From positions 1 through 48,495 of the IMG/VR virus record IMGVR_UViG_3300020045_007863: a DNA stretch of 48,495 nt. One strand, 5' to 3'. This stretch comes from a virus. Taxonomy: Duplodnaviria > Caudoviricetes. Every line of letters starts with the position of its first letter. The first letter of the stretch is position 1. The notes below the pieces were generated by a model, which was not told where the DNA came from, did not search any database, and saw only the letters and a program-made list of their open reading frames with translations. The position numbers and the translations under genes were made by a program. Below, in pieces: positions 17,323 through 26,658 of the stretch.

Positions 17323-19167
17323 TCATGCAATAGCTACACAATCTATCTGCACCAAGTTACCTCCCGAGGCGTGCGTGGTCACCAGGTCAAATCCCGTAGC
17401 AGTCACGTTGTTCAATATGCCGTCGTTGCTGTCCGTATTTGCGTTGTCATCTACAACACGTCCTGTAGAGGAAACTTCATAAGATGCACCATTGGTTAGC
17501 CCCCACGACCTATCTTTGCCAGCTATATACCCCGATTGCAGGGTGTCGGTCCAAAAGAAGAAGCCTATAACATCGGGGTCGCCGTCGTTCGTCCCTCCGG
17601 TCTTCACAACACCAACCATGAGCCGCGGCCTAAACCCGACAGTCACGGTCGTGGTGCCCGCAGTCGCACGGGACGCTGATATAGAAGCCATACGCAGTCC
17701 TGAGGGGATAATCAAAACGGAAGTGGTAGATACAGCCAAGGCAACCTCAAGCCCTTGACTTGCAACAGGGGTCGTCCCCAGAGTGCCTGCTGTGGCGGAG
17801 AGGTACATATAATTACCTGTTGTCAGCCCTGTAAAACCAGTCACTACGCCAGAAACAGTCACCGCCACAGCAGCATCCGCGCTCACGTTTTGACTTCCAC
17901 CGACAAACCCAATGAATTTGAAGGTACTCTCGTCCGCGTCAGTGTCCGCGAGCCACACCTTGCTATCAGACGCTTTTATATACACAGCTTGTGGTGTTGA
18001 TGAAGCGTTGATTGTTTCCCCAGCAGTTAAAGACACCTTAGTGCTGGCGGGGGCTGAAGCTGTTGCAGTTTGGCTTTGCATTTGGAAGTCTGTTCCATCG
18101 TAAGCAACCTCAACAATTTGCCCCGCTTCTATATCACCCGTCTCTAAATCTTGGTCATTCAGTTTCTTTATAGCAAGTGCAGAAAGCCCTGACACAGCAA
18201 GAGTGGCGGCTCCCGTATTTGCTACATCCGCGAGAAATCTAAACTTCATTCCTGTTACATAAGCAGCAACCGCAGGGGAAACAGTTATAGCATAAGAATC
18301 GCTCCCTACTGCGGAGGCTGCATACACACCGATACCTTTTTGAAACCCAAGAGCTGTCACAAATTTATTAGTAGCGCTTGGAGTTCCTTCGGAACCAGCT
18401 AAGGCATCTTGCTCATCCTCAGTGAGAGCTTGGTCAAACCGTGGCTCAAAGTATAAATATCCATCCACCGAGCCGAAGCCGATAGAGACTTCTTTTGTTC
18501 CTGCCGAAGTGGAGATACCCCCAGCGGTATTGGAAGCGAAGTACTTTTGTCCTGCGGTGAGTCCAGAGTTGGTGAGGTCTTTGCCGAGAAGGAGCACACC
18601 TGTGGTGATGGTTCCCCCATCCACACCTGCACCTTGTGCAATACCGAGCATAGTGTTCTCTACCGTAGCTGCCGTGTCTGCGTCGCATTTCTTCCACTCG
18701 TTGTCTGTGTCGTCAAAGTACACAAGGTTTCCTGCGACCAATGTTTCTCCCGCAGAACCTGTGACAATGACACTTCGAGTAGAAACAACGAGGGTGTTGA
18801 GGTAGGTGATGAGGTCAGAGATTTGGTGTACTCCGAAGGAGACGATAACCGGGGTGCCGACTGGGTGATAGCGCATATACGCAGTGGTCGTTGTTCCTGC
18901 TTTGTCCAACCCACGCACCGCGCCTGTAAGAGTCTTAGTTGCTGCGGTGACACCCGTGAAAGAGATGCTCTCGGGGTATGAAGTCACTCCATCTCCATCA
19001 GGGTTAACGGTGAGTACACCACGCCCAAGTACAGATAGGTCTGCTGTCTCAAGAGTTTCACCAGTGAGCGTAGTAATGCGGTCAAGTACAACACTGCTTG
19101 CGGCTGTTCCCGCAGCTAGTGCAGTGGCTAAATATCCGACAAAAAAATTTCCTAAATAATTTGCCAT
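17323..19167 (-). CDS. Tail fibre protein
   Basis: Two AGETxxAGxxVY..GLTxGxxYxxSxTAG modules; ANTGAATL..GDIEAGQIVEVAYDGTDFQ fibre motif; no signal peptide. Confidence 0.75.
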   Translation of the reverse strand: MANYLGNFFVGYLATALAAGTAASSVVLDRITTLTGETLETADLSVLGRGVLTVNPDGDGVTSYPESISFTGVTAATKTLTGAVRGLDKAGTTTTAYMRYHPVGTPVIVSFGVHQISDLITYLNTLVVSTRSVIVTGSAGETLVAGNLVYFDDTDNEWKKCDADTAATVENTMLGIAQGAGVDGGTITTGVLLLGKDLTNSGLTAGQKYFASNTAGGISTSAGTKEVSIGFGSVDGYLYFEPRFDQALTEDEQDALAGSEGTPSATNKFVTALGFQKGIGVYAASAVGSDSYAITVSPAVAAYVTGMKFRFLADVANTGAATLAVSGLSALAIKKLNDQDLETGDIEAGQIVEVAYDGTDFQMQSQTATASAPASTKVSLTAGETINASSTPQAVYIKASDSKVWLADTDADESTFKFIGFVGGSQNVSADAAVAVTVSGVVTGFTGLTTGNYMYLSATAGTLGTTPVASQGLEVALAVSTTSVLIIPSGLRMASISASRATAGTTTVTVGFRPRLMVGVVKTGGTNDGDPDVIGFFFWTDTLQSGYIAGKDRSWGLTNGASYEVSSTGRVVDDNANTDSNDGILNNVTATGFDLVTTHASGGNLVQIDCVAIA

Positions 19168-19205
19168 ATATGCGTATTATACAGATGAGCTACTAAATAA
19201 TGTGT

Positions 19206-21041
19206 TTATACAGATGTCTCGGGACTTACAACAAATCCTTGCGGCACAATAGATACAATCTCTGGGCTCATGCTCATGCCCGTAATCCCCCAGAAAGCTG
19301 CGCGAGTACCGTAAACTCTCGGCTGTAGATTGTAGAACGACTTACTCACGTCGATAGCTAAATAACAACGAAACGTATGAAGGTTGGCAATCCCCGCCAA
19401 CGAAGACATGCCGAGTATCGGTAGCCCAAGGACAAACAATCCTGTCGCGTCGGTGATGGGGCTAGAGAAGTATAGCCCTGTGGTGTCTTTGTTAATGCGG
19501 TAGGTTTGCTTTCCCAAGATTCCGTCTTCGTTGAAAAACACGTCTACGAAGAACTCCGTTGCGGTGGTCATATACCCCTCAAGATATACATACCCTTGGC
19601 TCTTTGGTGTACCCATTTCCCCGTAGTCAAAGCGTTTGAATGATGCTGACGCCATATATTCATTCCCATTATCGTTGTATGCACTGTTGTTTATTTGGTA
19701 TACCTCTCCTGACCCTGAATCGAGATACAAAACCTCATCATCTTTTTCTACGAGGTCTTTCACGGCCCACCCGAAGTGTTTTGTCCAAGCGCTCCGTAAA
19801 ATATCGTACTCAAGCACTAAAGTATTTTGTGTTGCTCCTATACGCGCGACAGACCAGTACACTTTGTTGTTAGAGGCTGCGACACGCGCGTACCCAAGCT
19901 CTAAAGCGGCATGTATGTATGGGTCAATTTTCTGTGAGAGAGGTTGTACTTCCACAGATACGCTGTCTCCCGAGGTGGCAGGACTCAATGAAAGAAAGCC
20001 GTTAGAACGTGTTGGGTAATACAGTTTGTTAAACGTCTTCGCGGTACTTGGGTTTCCTAGCGGCCCCATGGATTCCCCCGAAATCATTGGTTGCAACACC
20101 GCAAGTTTACTCCCGAGGTCAGCAGCAATCTGAAACTTCATCGAATGGAGGGAGTCCTGCTTTTCAATCACCAAAAACTGCCCAAAGTCATGCACCCCTG
20201 TTATCTCACCGTTACCGTCGGCGATGGTCTGAGTGACTCCACCGGAAATGGTCGAGGCAATAGTGAAGTCCTCGGGGCTTCCTTGCACTGAGAGCCACAC
20301 TACAGTTTCACCTCCGTAGTAGTTTGCCATCACAAGTCGGCGTTGGTGTTTAGTAAGATGTTTTCCAATCTCCATGCTTGCTTTTTGAATGATGTCTGTA
20401 GCAACCGAAGTGCCAGTGTCTACATTACTATTAAGTGTGTTGGTGAGAGTAAACACGTTACCTGTCCGAGAGGTGTACGCCTCAACAAACCTCGCTCCTC
20501 CTCCTGTTGTTTGTAAAATAAGAGTCCCTCCCCCTGACGGGAAACGCGACCCGTCTACTAAGGTAACCGTAGCCCCACCCGCAACGTGCGCGCCATTTAC
20601 CGTCCCTACGCAAATATCCCAGCGGAAGGCATCGTCTACTCCGTTACAGGCGTACAGCCTGTCGTCGCCACGTCCGTTCTGCCAGTTCACATACCCGTAG
20701 TGCTTCGTTGTTTCGACTGGTACATAGGTCTGGTTAATGCGAATCCACTCCTCGTTGTCTTCGTGGTAGACGTAAAAATGGTTCGCGTAAACAGCGATGA
20801 GGTACTCCAACCCATCCGAGGTTTGAGCCTTTATTAACTGTAGTGGGTCACCCGTCTCACCTGTAGGTTTCGCGTACAGCAACGTGCTTCCCTCGCGCGG
20901 GGAAACGAAGCCATTGTCATAGTTTATATTTTGCGCGTCTACCAGCTCTAGGTCATCTATACTAGAGGGGGAGTCAAAGGCGTTCCATCCTTTTGACCCC
21001 GGGTTTCTTAGTGAGATAAATTTATCATTTTTTACCGACAT
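19206..21041 (-). CDS. Tail hub/nozzle (P22 gp10 / tail tubular B-like)
   Basis: 611 aa, beta-rich; GWN..DSPSSIDD..AQNI, LYACNG, GEITG, LEYD...WT pattern. Confidence 0.65.
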   Translation of the reverse strand: MSVKNDKFISLRNPGSKGWNAFDSPSSIDDLELVDAQNINYDNGFVSPREGSTLLYAKPTGETGDPLQLIKAQTSDGLEYLIAVYANHFYVYHEDNEEWIRINQTYVPVETTKHYGYVNWQNGRGDDRLYACNGVDDAFRWDICVGTVNGAHVAGGATVTLVDGSRFPSGGGTLILQTTGGGARFVEAYTSRTGNVFTLTNTLNSNVDTGTSVATDIIQKASMEIGKHLTKHQRRLVMANYYGGETVVWLSVQGSPEDFTIASTISGGVTQTIADGNGEITGVHDFGQFLVIEKQDSLHSMKFQIAADLGSKLAVLQPMISGESMGPLGNPSTAKTFNKLYYPTRSNGFLSLSPATSGDSVSVEVQPLSQKIDPYIHAALELGYARVAASNNKVYWSVARIGATQNTLVLEYDILRSAWTKHFGWAVKDLVEKDDEVLYLDSGSGEVYQINNSAYNDNGNEYMASASFKRFDYGEMGTPKSQGYVYLEGYMTTATEFFVDVFFNEDGILGKQTYRINKDTTGLYFSSPITDATGLFVLGLPILGMSSLAGIANLHTFRCYLAIDVSKSFYNLQPRVYGTRAAFWGITGMSMSPEIVSIVPQGFVVSPETSV

Positions 21042-21043
21042 AC

Positions 21044-22222
21044 CTATCTTCGTACCAATCTCGTATTAACAAACTTGTTGGTTCGTTTTCGTGGGAACCG
21101 CATACCCACATCTCTCGCCATTTCCTTCAAGTCTGCTTGGTAAGCCACATACCATTCTTTATCGTTTCTTAATTGCGGCCAAAGCTGTAAGGCGACCCGT
21201 TTCGCTATAAGGTCCACAATATCGGGGAACAAGGTGGACACCCCTATAATATCAGTGACAGCAGTAAAGGCAGTAAGGTTTGCTCCTGCGGAGGTAGTTC
21301 CTTTTACGTTGCTTCGATACAGCAAATTGAGGTAGTCAGGCACAGTGGTAAAAATGTGGTCAATACGGAAGTTACTCCCTGTTACCGCAGCGCCGAGGTC
21401 TACCTCAATCTCAATTTTAGTTATTGTCTCGGTAATGAGAGGGGTGCTGGTTTTAACCGCATTATCAAGAGCCCACCCAATTTTCTGCCATGTGCTTGCA
21501 GCAAACGCAGAGCCGTCGTCAGTGGTTGTCGCTGTGATTGTCCAGTATTTTGTAGCGCTGGTATAGAGCCGTAGGCGTATAGCGTCTATAGAGGCACTTG
21601 GCATTTTCATCCAACACTTCACATACCCATGCTTCTCAAAGAGAGTTTCAAAATCTAAAGATACACTTGGGTCGTTTATCCCCGCTAACCCCGAGGAAAA
21701 CGCCGTTACGTCGAATGAAAGGCACCCATCCCCAACCTTAAAGTCGAGGTTGTCTAATTCGAGACTTGAAGCGTCTCCCTGTACTACCCACATCCCCACC
21801 TCCTCCATGGTATCAATCACAGAACCACGCTGTATGTTTTGCCCAAAAAGGACGAGCTGGTTAGACCCGTTTATTGTGGTAAACGACCACTTATTACTGT
21901 TACGCGCGCTACCTGTACGCTTCAAGATTTTAGAGTACTCCATGAACTCCCACTCTCGGGACGCAGTGTTGTAGTCAGGATTATTGTAAAGAATGTCTAT
22001 CTCCTCCATGAAGTCGCTCGGGGCAGCATAAAAAAATTGGTCATCATTAAAATAGAAAGAATCTATAGATTCGTTGTTTGGTAGCAGCCCTTTTCTTTGA
22101 AAATACTCTACGGATGTGCCGATTTGCCGTAACTTACGCGCGAGGTCTACTTGCCCCGTTTGTGAAGAAGCGTAGTCGTCTACCAAATTTATGACATCTT
22201 GAACAGTCAAAGACATGGACAC
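21044..22222 (-). CDS. Head-tail adaptor-like protein with an inserted beta-sandwich domain
   Basis: Helical termini (LTVQDVINLV.., PDIVDLIAKRVA), YAAPSDF; central W/F-rich beta region. Confidence 0.5.
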   Translation of the reverse strand: MSMSLTVQDVINLVDDYASSQTGQVDLARKLRQIGTSVEYFQRKGLLPNNESIDSFYFNDDQFFYAAPSDFMEEIDILYNNPDYNTASREWEFMEYSKILKRTGSARNSNKWSFTTINGSNQLVLFGQNIQRGSVIDTMEEVGMWVVQGDASSLELDNLDFKVGDGCLSFDVTAFSSGLAGINDPSVSLDFETLFEKHGYVKCWMKMPSASIDAIRLRLYTSATKYWTITATTTDDGSAFAASTWQKIGWALDNAVKTSTPLITETITKIEIEVDLGAAVTGSNFRIDHIFTTVPDYLNLLYRSNVKGTTSAGANLTAFTAVTDIIGVSTLFPDIVDLIAKRVALQLWPQLRNDKEWYVAYQADLKEMARDVGMRFPRKRTNKFVNTRLVRR

Positions 22223-22314
22223 ATTGTACTACCTTTGGTTTCCAGTGAAATGTTGATAGCGACCTGTGGACAACGGTACTAGTGTACCTAATCAAACCAT
22301 GCTACACATAGCGT

Positions 22315-22458
22315 ATGAACAAAGAAGAACGCGCAACAGAAAAGGTACGAGTGTACCCGACAGACGGTGACAAATTACGCATTATGGCAGCTAAAGCCGG
22401 CAAAGGCGTAATCCCCGCAGACATTATCCATAACGTGCTCAAAGGTAAAGTGCTCTAA
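22315..22458 (+). CDS. 47-aa ribbon-helix-helix-like regulator
   Basis: MNKEERATEKVRVYPTDGDKLRIMAAKAGKGVIPADIIHNVLKGKVL; first gene at a divergent junction; below the ORF track cutoff. Confidence 0.5.
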   Translation: MNKEERATEKVRVYPTDGDKLRIMAAKAGKGVIPADIIHNVLKGKVL

Positions 22459-22497
22459 TTAACAGTAGATGGTTCGTTAGAAATAATAATATAGGAT

Positions 22498-22668
22498 ATG
22501 GAAAAAGACGATTACTGTGTTGTTTTGCGGCCAAAAGATTATCTAGTAACTGCTGGTGGTTTAAGGCTCGAAAACATTACCGAAGATATGGTTTTTGAGG
22601 TACAGATAGACAAAATCATCATGTGGCCGCTCAAAGTTGAAGCAATGGAAGAAAAAGATGCCGCATAA
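22498..22668 (+). CDS. Small hypothetical protein (56 aa)
   Basis: Hand-translated MEKDDYCVVLRPKD...EEKDAA. Confidence 0.45.
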   Translation: MEKDDYCVVLRPKDYLVTAGGLRLENITEDMVFEVQIDKIIMWPLKVEAMEEKDAA

Positions 22669-22712
22669 ATCTCGCCACCAAATAACCCTCAAAGATATAC
22701 CTAATGATAAAT

Positions 22713-22853
22713 ATGAAGAAAATACTTGAAGCAGAATACAAGGATAGATTAGAAGATGTGGTGCAAAAGTTTCTTGAGGAAAATTTGCCCGACTACACTA
22801 GAAATCTAAAGATAATCATTGAGATTCTGCCTGATGAACCTCCCGCCAAATAA
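22713..22853 (+). CDS. Small hypothetical protein (46 aa)
   Basis: Hand-translated MKKILEAEYKDRLEDVV...EPPAK. Confidence 0.4.
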   Translation: MKKILEAEYKDRLEDVVQKFLEENLPDYTRNLKIIIEILPDEPPAK

Positions 22854-22941
22854 ATAAAAGGATAACGTAATGATAAATATATGACAACATTCCCTGACCC
22901 CACGGACGATTATAAAGAAAACGTAACTGTATTTTAATTGT

Positions 22942-23325
22942 ATGACAGTAAAAGAATTGCGGGACAAAGTGCTTGCAGCAGGGGGCGAGATTAAAGTTAG
23001 AGACATAGTGATTACCTACAGCGAAGGGAACGACGTGGATGTTAAGGACACGTCGGGCAACCTTTTAAGCTTTGTATCCGAAAGACACGAAGGAGATTGC
23101 GACGACGTAGCAAAAACCGCATCAGTTGTCAGCGAGGCTGTTTTTACCAAAACAGCCCTACTCATGCAGTGGCTGCAATTCCTCGGTATCGAGGTTGAAG
23201 GTGTAAAGCCTATCACCATCACCGAGCGCATAAGTGTGCCAGACTTGGAAGGTATTAAACTCGCAGGAAAGGTCGAAGCCTACGAAAACCTATTACTTAA
23301 CCGCACCGTCTCAATAGGCGCATAA
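22942..23325 (+). CDS. Hypothetical protein, paralog of 2344..2718
   Basis: Ends GKVEAYENLLLNRTVSIGA. Confidence 0.75.
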   Translation: MTVKELRDKVLAAGGEIKVRDIVITYSEGNDVDVKDTSGNLLSFVSERHEGDCDDVAKTASVVSEAVFTKTALLMQWLQFLGIEVEGVKPITITERISVPDLEGIKLAGKVEAYENLLLNRTVSIGA

Positions 23326-23327
23326 CT

Positions 23328-23546
23328 ATGATGGAAAAATATATTGTCTTCGCAGACGGGCATGTGCGCGTATTCCCCACCACACGTATACACTCTTTCA
23401 TGGCAGGTGGTGACACGGTGTTATCCGCTGGGTTTTGTGACAGAACAGGCAACAAGATTGAGGTGTGGGGAGAGTCCACTACCCTAGGTAAAAAGAGTAG
23501 ACCAGAAGACGCGGAGATTATTCAAAAACACTTTGCAAACCTATGA
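23328..23546 (+). CDS. Hypothetical phage protein
   Basis: 72 aa KYIVF..VFP...HS..VLSAGF..VWGESTTL..SRPED; coupled on both sides. Confidence 0.7.
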   Translation: MMEKYIVFADGHVRVFPTTRIHSFMAGGDTVLSAGFCDRTGNKIEVWGESTTLGKKSRPEDAEIIQKHFANL

Positions 23547-23845
23547 CTGACACAAAACTATACCACGTCGCACCGAGTGATACCGCGTTTGCGGAGATGA
23601 AGCAGGAGTGCATGGCTCAATGGCAGACGCACGATAATACCTACGGCTACGTTGACGAGAAAGTCGGACGTATAGAAGACCTAGCGAATGTGCAAGACAA
23701 CTTCATGTATATGCTTGCTATGTTCGACCACGGCGGACAGCGGGAAGTGATAAGCCGATTGACTTCTCCCGCGAAGCAAGCAGTACGAGAGCGCATGCCT
23801 TCAGGAGGAAATAGCATCACCTATATCCTCGACCTAGGGCTATAA
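23543..23845 (+). CDS. Hypothetical protein, paralog of 2721..3023
   Basis: 77% identical to the first copy. Confidence 0.85.
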   Translation: MTDTKLYHVAPSDTAFAEMKQECMAQWQTHDNTYGYVDEKVGRIEDLANVQDNFMYMLAMFDHGGQREVISRLTSPAKQAVRERMPSGGNSITYILDLGL

Positions 23846-23913
23846 TTAACACCTAACCCCGAGCACACACCACCCACAAAAGAACGCCCATATTATAAAT
23901 CACTGTTAAATAC

Positions 23914-24240
23914 ATGAATAAGAAAAAATTGTTAGAGCTATTGTTAGATGAAGCTATAGAGGACGGCGATACCCGTTCAGATGTCCCTTTTGAGATAGGC
24001 GAGAAGTATTTTATCCGCACGGTGACTTACTTTGCTACGGGCAAAGTAAAACGTATTACAGGTAATTTCCTAGAACTAGAGGATGCTGCGTGGATTGCAG
24101 ATACTGGTCGTTTCAACGAGGCTATTGCTAAGGGAACATTAAATGAGATAGAAAGTGTCGAGGTTCCTATGTACATAAACATATCTTCGATAACAGATGC
24201 TTTCCTATGGAAGCACAAATTACCACGGGAATCAAAATAA
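23914..24240 (+). CDS. Phage protein with Sm/LSm-like sequence pattern
   Basis: IGEKYFIRTVTYFATGKVKRITGNFLELEDAAWI...MYINISSITDA; the fold is inferred. Confidence 0.6.
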   Translation: MNKKKLLELLLDEAIEDGDTRSDVPFEIGEKYFIRTVTYFATGKVKRITGNFLELEDAAWIADTGRFNEAIAKGTLNEIESVEVPMYINISSITDAFLWKHKLPRESK

Positions 24241-24242
24241 AT

Positions 24243-24350
24243 ATGCTACTTCGGGATTATTGGAGTGGGAGTAGGAGTGGGAGTAGGAGTAGGAGTAGGA
24301 GTAGGAGTGGGAGTGGGAGTAGGAGTGGGAGTTGGAGTAGGAGTTACTAA
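24243..24350 (+). CDS. 35-aa Ser-(Arg/Gly/Trp) dipeptide-repeat peptide
   Basis: MLLRDYWSGSRSGSRSRSRSRSGSGSRSGSWSRSY; ATG 2 nt after the upstream stop. Confidence 0.6.
   Translation: MLLRDYWSGSRSGSRSRSRSRSGSGSRSGSWSRSY
24261..24344 (+). repeat. Hexamer tandem repeat (A/G/T)GGAGT x14
   Basis: Read directly from the sequence. Confidence 0.95.
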
Positions 24351-24408
24351 CTTAATAAAGTAGCCACCCACATCATCGGATATGGGTAGGGGTGGCTCAC
24401 AAAGAATT

Positions 24409-24603
24409 ATGGAAACACTAAAAGCATCACTTTACGCGGCTCGCCATGCCTATACTGGCTGGGCTTTTGCGCTCGGTGTGTCGTTACTACTGATAGAAAA
24501 AACAACGCCTTTGTATTGGGTAGCACAGCTCTTAATCATACCTCTGGCGTTGCTACTGGTAGGGTATATCTTCTACAAATATGATTTTCCTAAATATCTA
24601 TGA
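24409..24603 (+). CDS. Small two-TM membrane protein
   Basis: GWAFALGVSLLLI and LYWVAQLLIIPLALLLVGYIFY. Confidence 0.6.
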   Translation: METLKASLYAARHAYTGWAFALGVSLLLIEKTTPLYWVAQLLIIPLALLLVGYIFYKYDFPKYL

Positions 24604-24806
24604 CCACCGAAAAAGTATACCTACTCACTGATGGGTGTATGTGGGAGAAAAACAAAAGAGAGGGGACGGAGCATACACACGCTGTTGAAGTGGTGGACGT
24701 CGAAACAGGAGCTGTTAGATATATCAAAAGTGGTTCTACCATTACCCTTGTCAAAGGCGAAATTACCGACATACGCACGCAAAAAGCGTACAACAAAAAA
24801 AAGTAA
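24600..24806 (+). CDS. Hypothetical protein
   Basis: 68 aa, ATGA-coupled. Confidence 0.55.
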   Translation: MTTEKVYLLTDGCMWEKNKREGTEHTHAVEVVDVETGAVRYIKSGSTITLVKGEITDIRTQKAYNKKK

Positions 24807-24939
24807 TTATGAAATACCTTTTCAGTATCACAGCAGCAGTATGTTTTGGACTTTCTCTCGAAATTCATTGGTTCATTATGCCTGCCATCGTAGCTAGTTT
24901 TGCTACCCTAGATTTAATCATCAACGATACTAAAAACCT

Positions 24940-25419
24940 ATGACCACCAAAAACAACAACGAGTGCTGCAAAAGGTGTCTCCAAATTCTCCAAACAGGAC
25001 AATACGGCGGTGTGCTCCCCGAGTGTAAGTCAGATGCTTGCGAGTGTCACACTAACAAAGACTGGGCGCACAACGACAGAGCAGCGGAGCTGTGGGACTA
25101 CATTAGAGCAGCGGAGCTGTGGGACTACATTGTATCGACAGCAGAACATGGTATCGAGATACAAAACGCTATACGCGAGTTTATACAGATTGCTCGCCAA
25201 GATGCCCGCGCACAGATGGCACAAGAGGTCGTAGCCATACTCCGCGCACAGATACCAAAGACCAATAACCGCGAGGCACTGTTGGCACTAGAGGTGGTGG
25301 AGAGGGCAGTAACTACTTCAAACTGCACCTGCGCGTCATTCTTCACTGTGCGAGGGGTGCACAAAAAGGACTGTTCTGCGAAAGTTTTAGCAGCTAACAA
25401 CGAAACTAACAAAGAATAA
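24940..25419 (+). CDS. Cys-rich hypothetical protein with an internal 9-aa duplication
   Basis: CCKRC..C..C.CH N-terminus, CTC..H..C C-terminus, RAAELWDYI x2. Confidence 0.6.
   Translation: MTTKNNNECCKRCLQILQTGQYGGVLPECKSDACECHTNKDWAHNDRAAELWDYIRAAELWDYIVSTAEHGIEIQNAIREFIQIARQDARAQMAQEVVAILRAQIPKTNNREALLALEVVERAVTTSNCTCASFFTVRGVHKKDCSAKVLAANNETNKE
25078..25131 (+). repeat. Perfect 27-bp tandem duplication
   Basis: AGAGCAGCGGAGCTGTGGGACTACATT x2. Confidence 0.95.
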
Positions 25420-25578
25420 ACCCATGGAAACCTACCACTGCTCCCATTGCGGCTCGACAATCATCCATACCGACAAACGGTGGCAATCAGATACAGACTC
25501 TACCTATATCGAAAGTATCTGCGCATTGTGCGGGATATTTTTAGGGAGTGTAGAAGTAAAAAAATTACCCATTAAAAA

Positions 25579-25977
25579 ATGAACTATATGAAAATATACA
25601 AAACACAAGAAGAAGTAGACAAAGACGTTGTAGATGGAGTATTGACGATTACTGATGATGTTGAGTTCCAATTTTCTTTGAAACTGGAAGCGTCTTTAAA
25701 CATCAATGCGGGGGACATCAGTGCGAGGAACATCAATGCGTGGGACATCAATGCGAGGAACATCAATGCGAGGAACATCAATGCGTGGGACATCAATGCG
25801 AGGAACATCAATGCGAGGAACATCAATGCGAGGAACATCAATGCGGGGGACATGTCCTTTTATGCTGTCTGTTTTGCTTATGCCTCTTTCGAATGTAAAT
25901 CTATAGTGGGTCGCCGTGAAAACTCTAAGTATTTCAGTCTTGATAGCGAGGTGGAAGTTTTATCCGATAACAAATAA
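25579..25977 (+). CDS. Five-residue-repeat (beta-solenoid-like) protein
   Basis: (N/D)I(N/S)A(R/W/G) x10. Confidence 0.75.
   Translation: MNYMKIYKTQEEVDKDVVDGVLTITDDVEFQFSLKLEASLNINAGDISARNINAWDINARNINARNINAWDINARNINARNINARNINAGDMSFYAVCFAYASFECKSIVGRRENSKYFSLDSEVEVLSDNK
25699..25848 (+). repeat. 15-bp tandem repeat x10, consensus AACATCAATGCGAGG
   Basis: Read directly from the sequence. Confidence 0.95.
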
Positions 25978-26251
25978 GTGTATGCACCTCCTCTGCCTAC
26001 TACGGATACATGATTTCAGAAAAGAAGATAACCCAATTACTTGCCGAAAGTGCGGTGTGCGATTAACTATAGATACTATATGAAAGACAAAACATTCAAA
26101 ATTGTGGCCGTTGTATTGTTTCTCCTTTTCTTCGCAGGACTAACTTGGGTTTGGTGGAATAACTACGGAGAATGTCGCGCCGCTGGATTTAGCACTCTTT
26201 ATTGCACCTCTCGAAAATAATCCACTAACAGAATATAATACATAGTAATAT

Positions 26252-26626
26252 ATGGAAATCATTGTAATATCAGCGTTTGTAGGAATTGTTTTGTTTGCTA
26301 TCGGTATTGTGTGCGGAAAATCTAGCCCGTGTTCGCATGAAATATACTGCGATTCCTATTCGGGGTGTCGGGGTAAGCTCAACAACCTAGAGCTTGAGGT
26401 GTCCCAAATTAAAGCAGAAAACGAACGCCTAAACTTCCTGTACACAAGCCTTACGAGAGACAAAAGAACATTTAGTGAATATATGGCGGCGCATTGCGGT
26501 GGATGTGATAGAACCTTCTACGCAAAAACCCCGAAAGAGCAAGAAGTCGCCGACATGCTCAAAAAACTAGACACATCAAAGGGGGTTGAAGAACTCGCTA
26601 AAAAGCTAGACATCAAAATGCGTTAA
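26252..26626 (+). CDS. Membrane-anchored coiled-coil protein with Cys motifs
   Basis: N-terminal TM helix, heptad region, CGGC. Confidence 0.6.
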   Translation: MEIIVISAFVGIVLFAIGIVCGKSSPCSHEIYCDSYSGCRGKLNNLELEVSQIKAENERLNFLYTSLTRDKRTFSEYMAAHCGGCDRTFYAKTPKEQEVADMLKKLDTSKGVEELAKKLDIKMR

Positions 26627-26658
26627 TCTCGCACCCAATAAAACAAATAGATATAAAG

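Noticed and set aside
2721-23845. Paralogous 100-aa genes as a DGR template/variable repeat pair
   Set aside because: Differences include many C/T and synonymous changes, both copies are intact genes, and no reverse transcriptase is present in the window.
25699-25848. CRISPR array
   Set aside because: The 15-bp units are contiguous with no spacers and lie in frame within a CDS.
25584-25906. Alternative-frame repeat ORFs (MRGTS)n and (ALMFL)n
   Set aside because: They are by-products of a stop-free 15-bp repeat; only the INAR frame has sensible unique flanks and start context.
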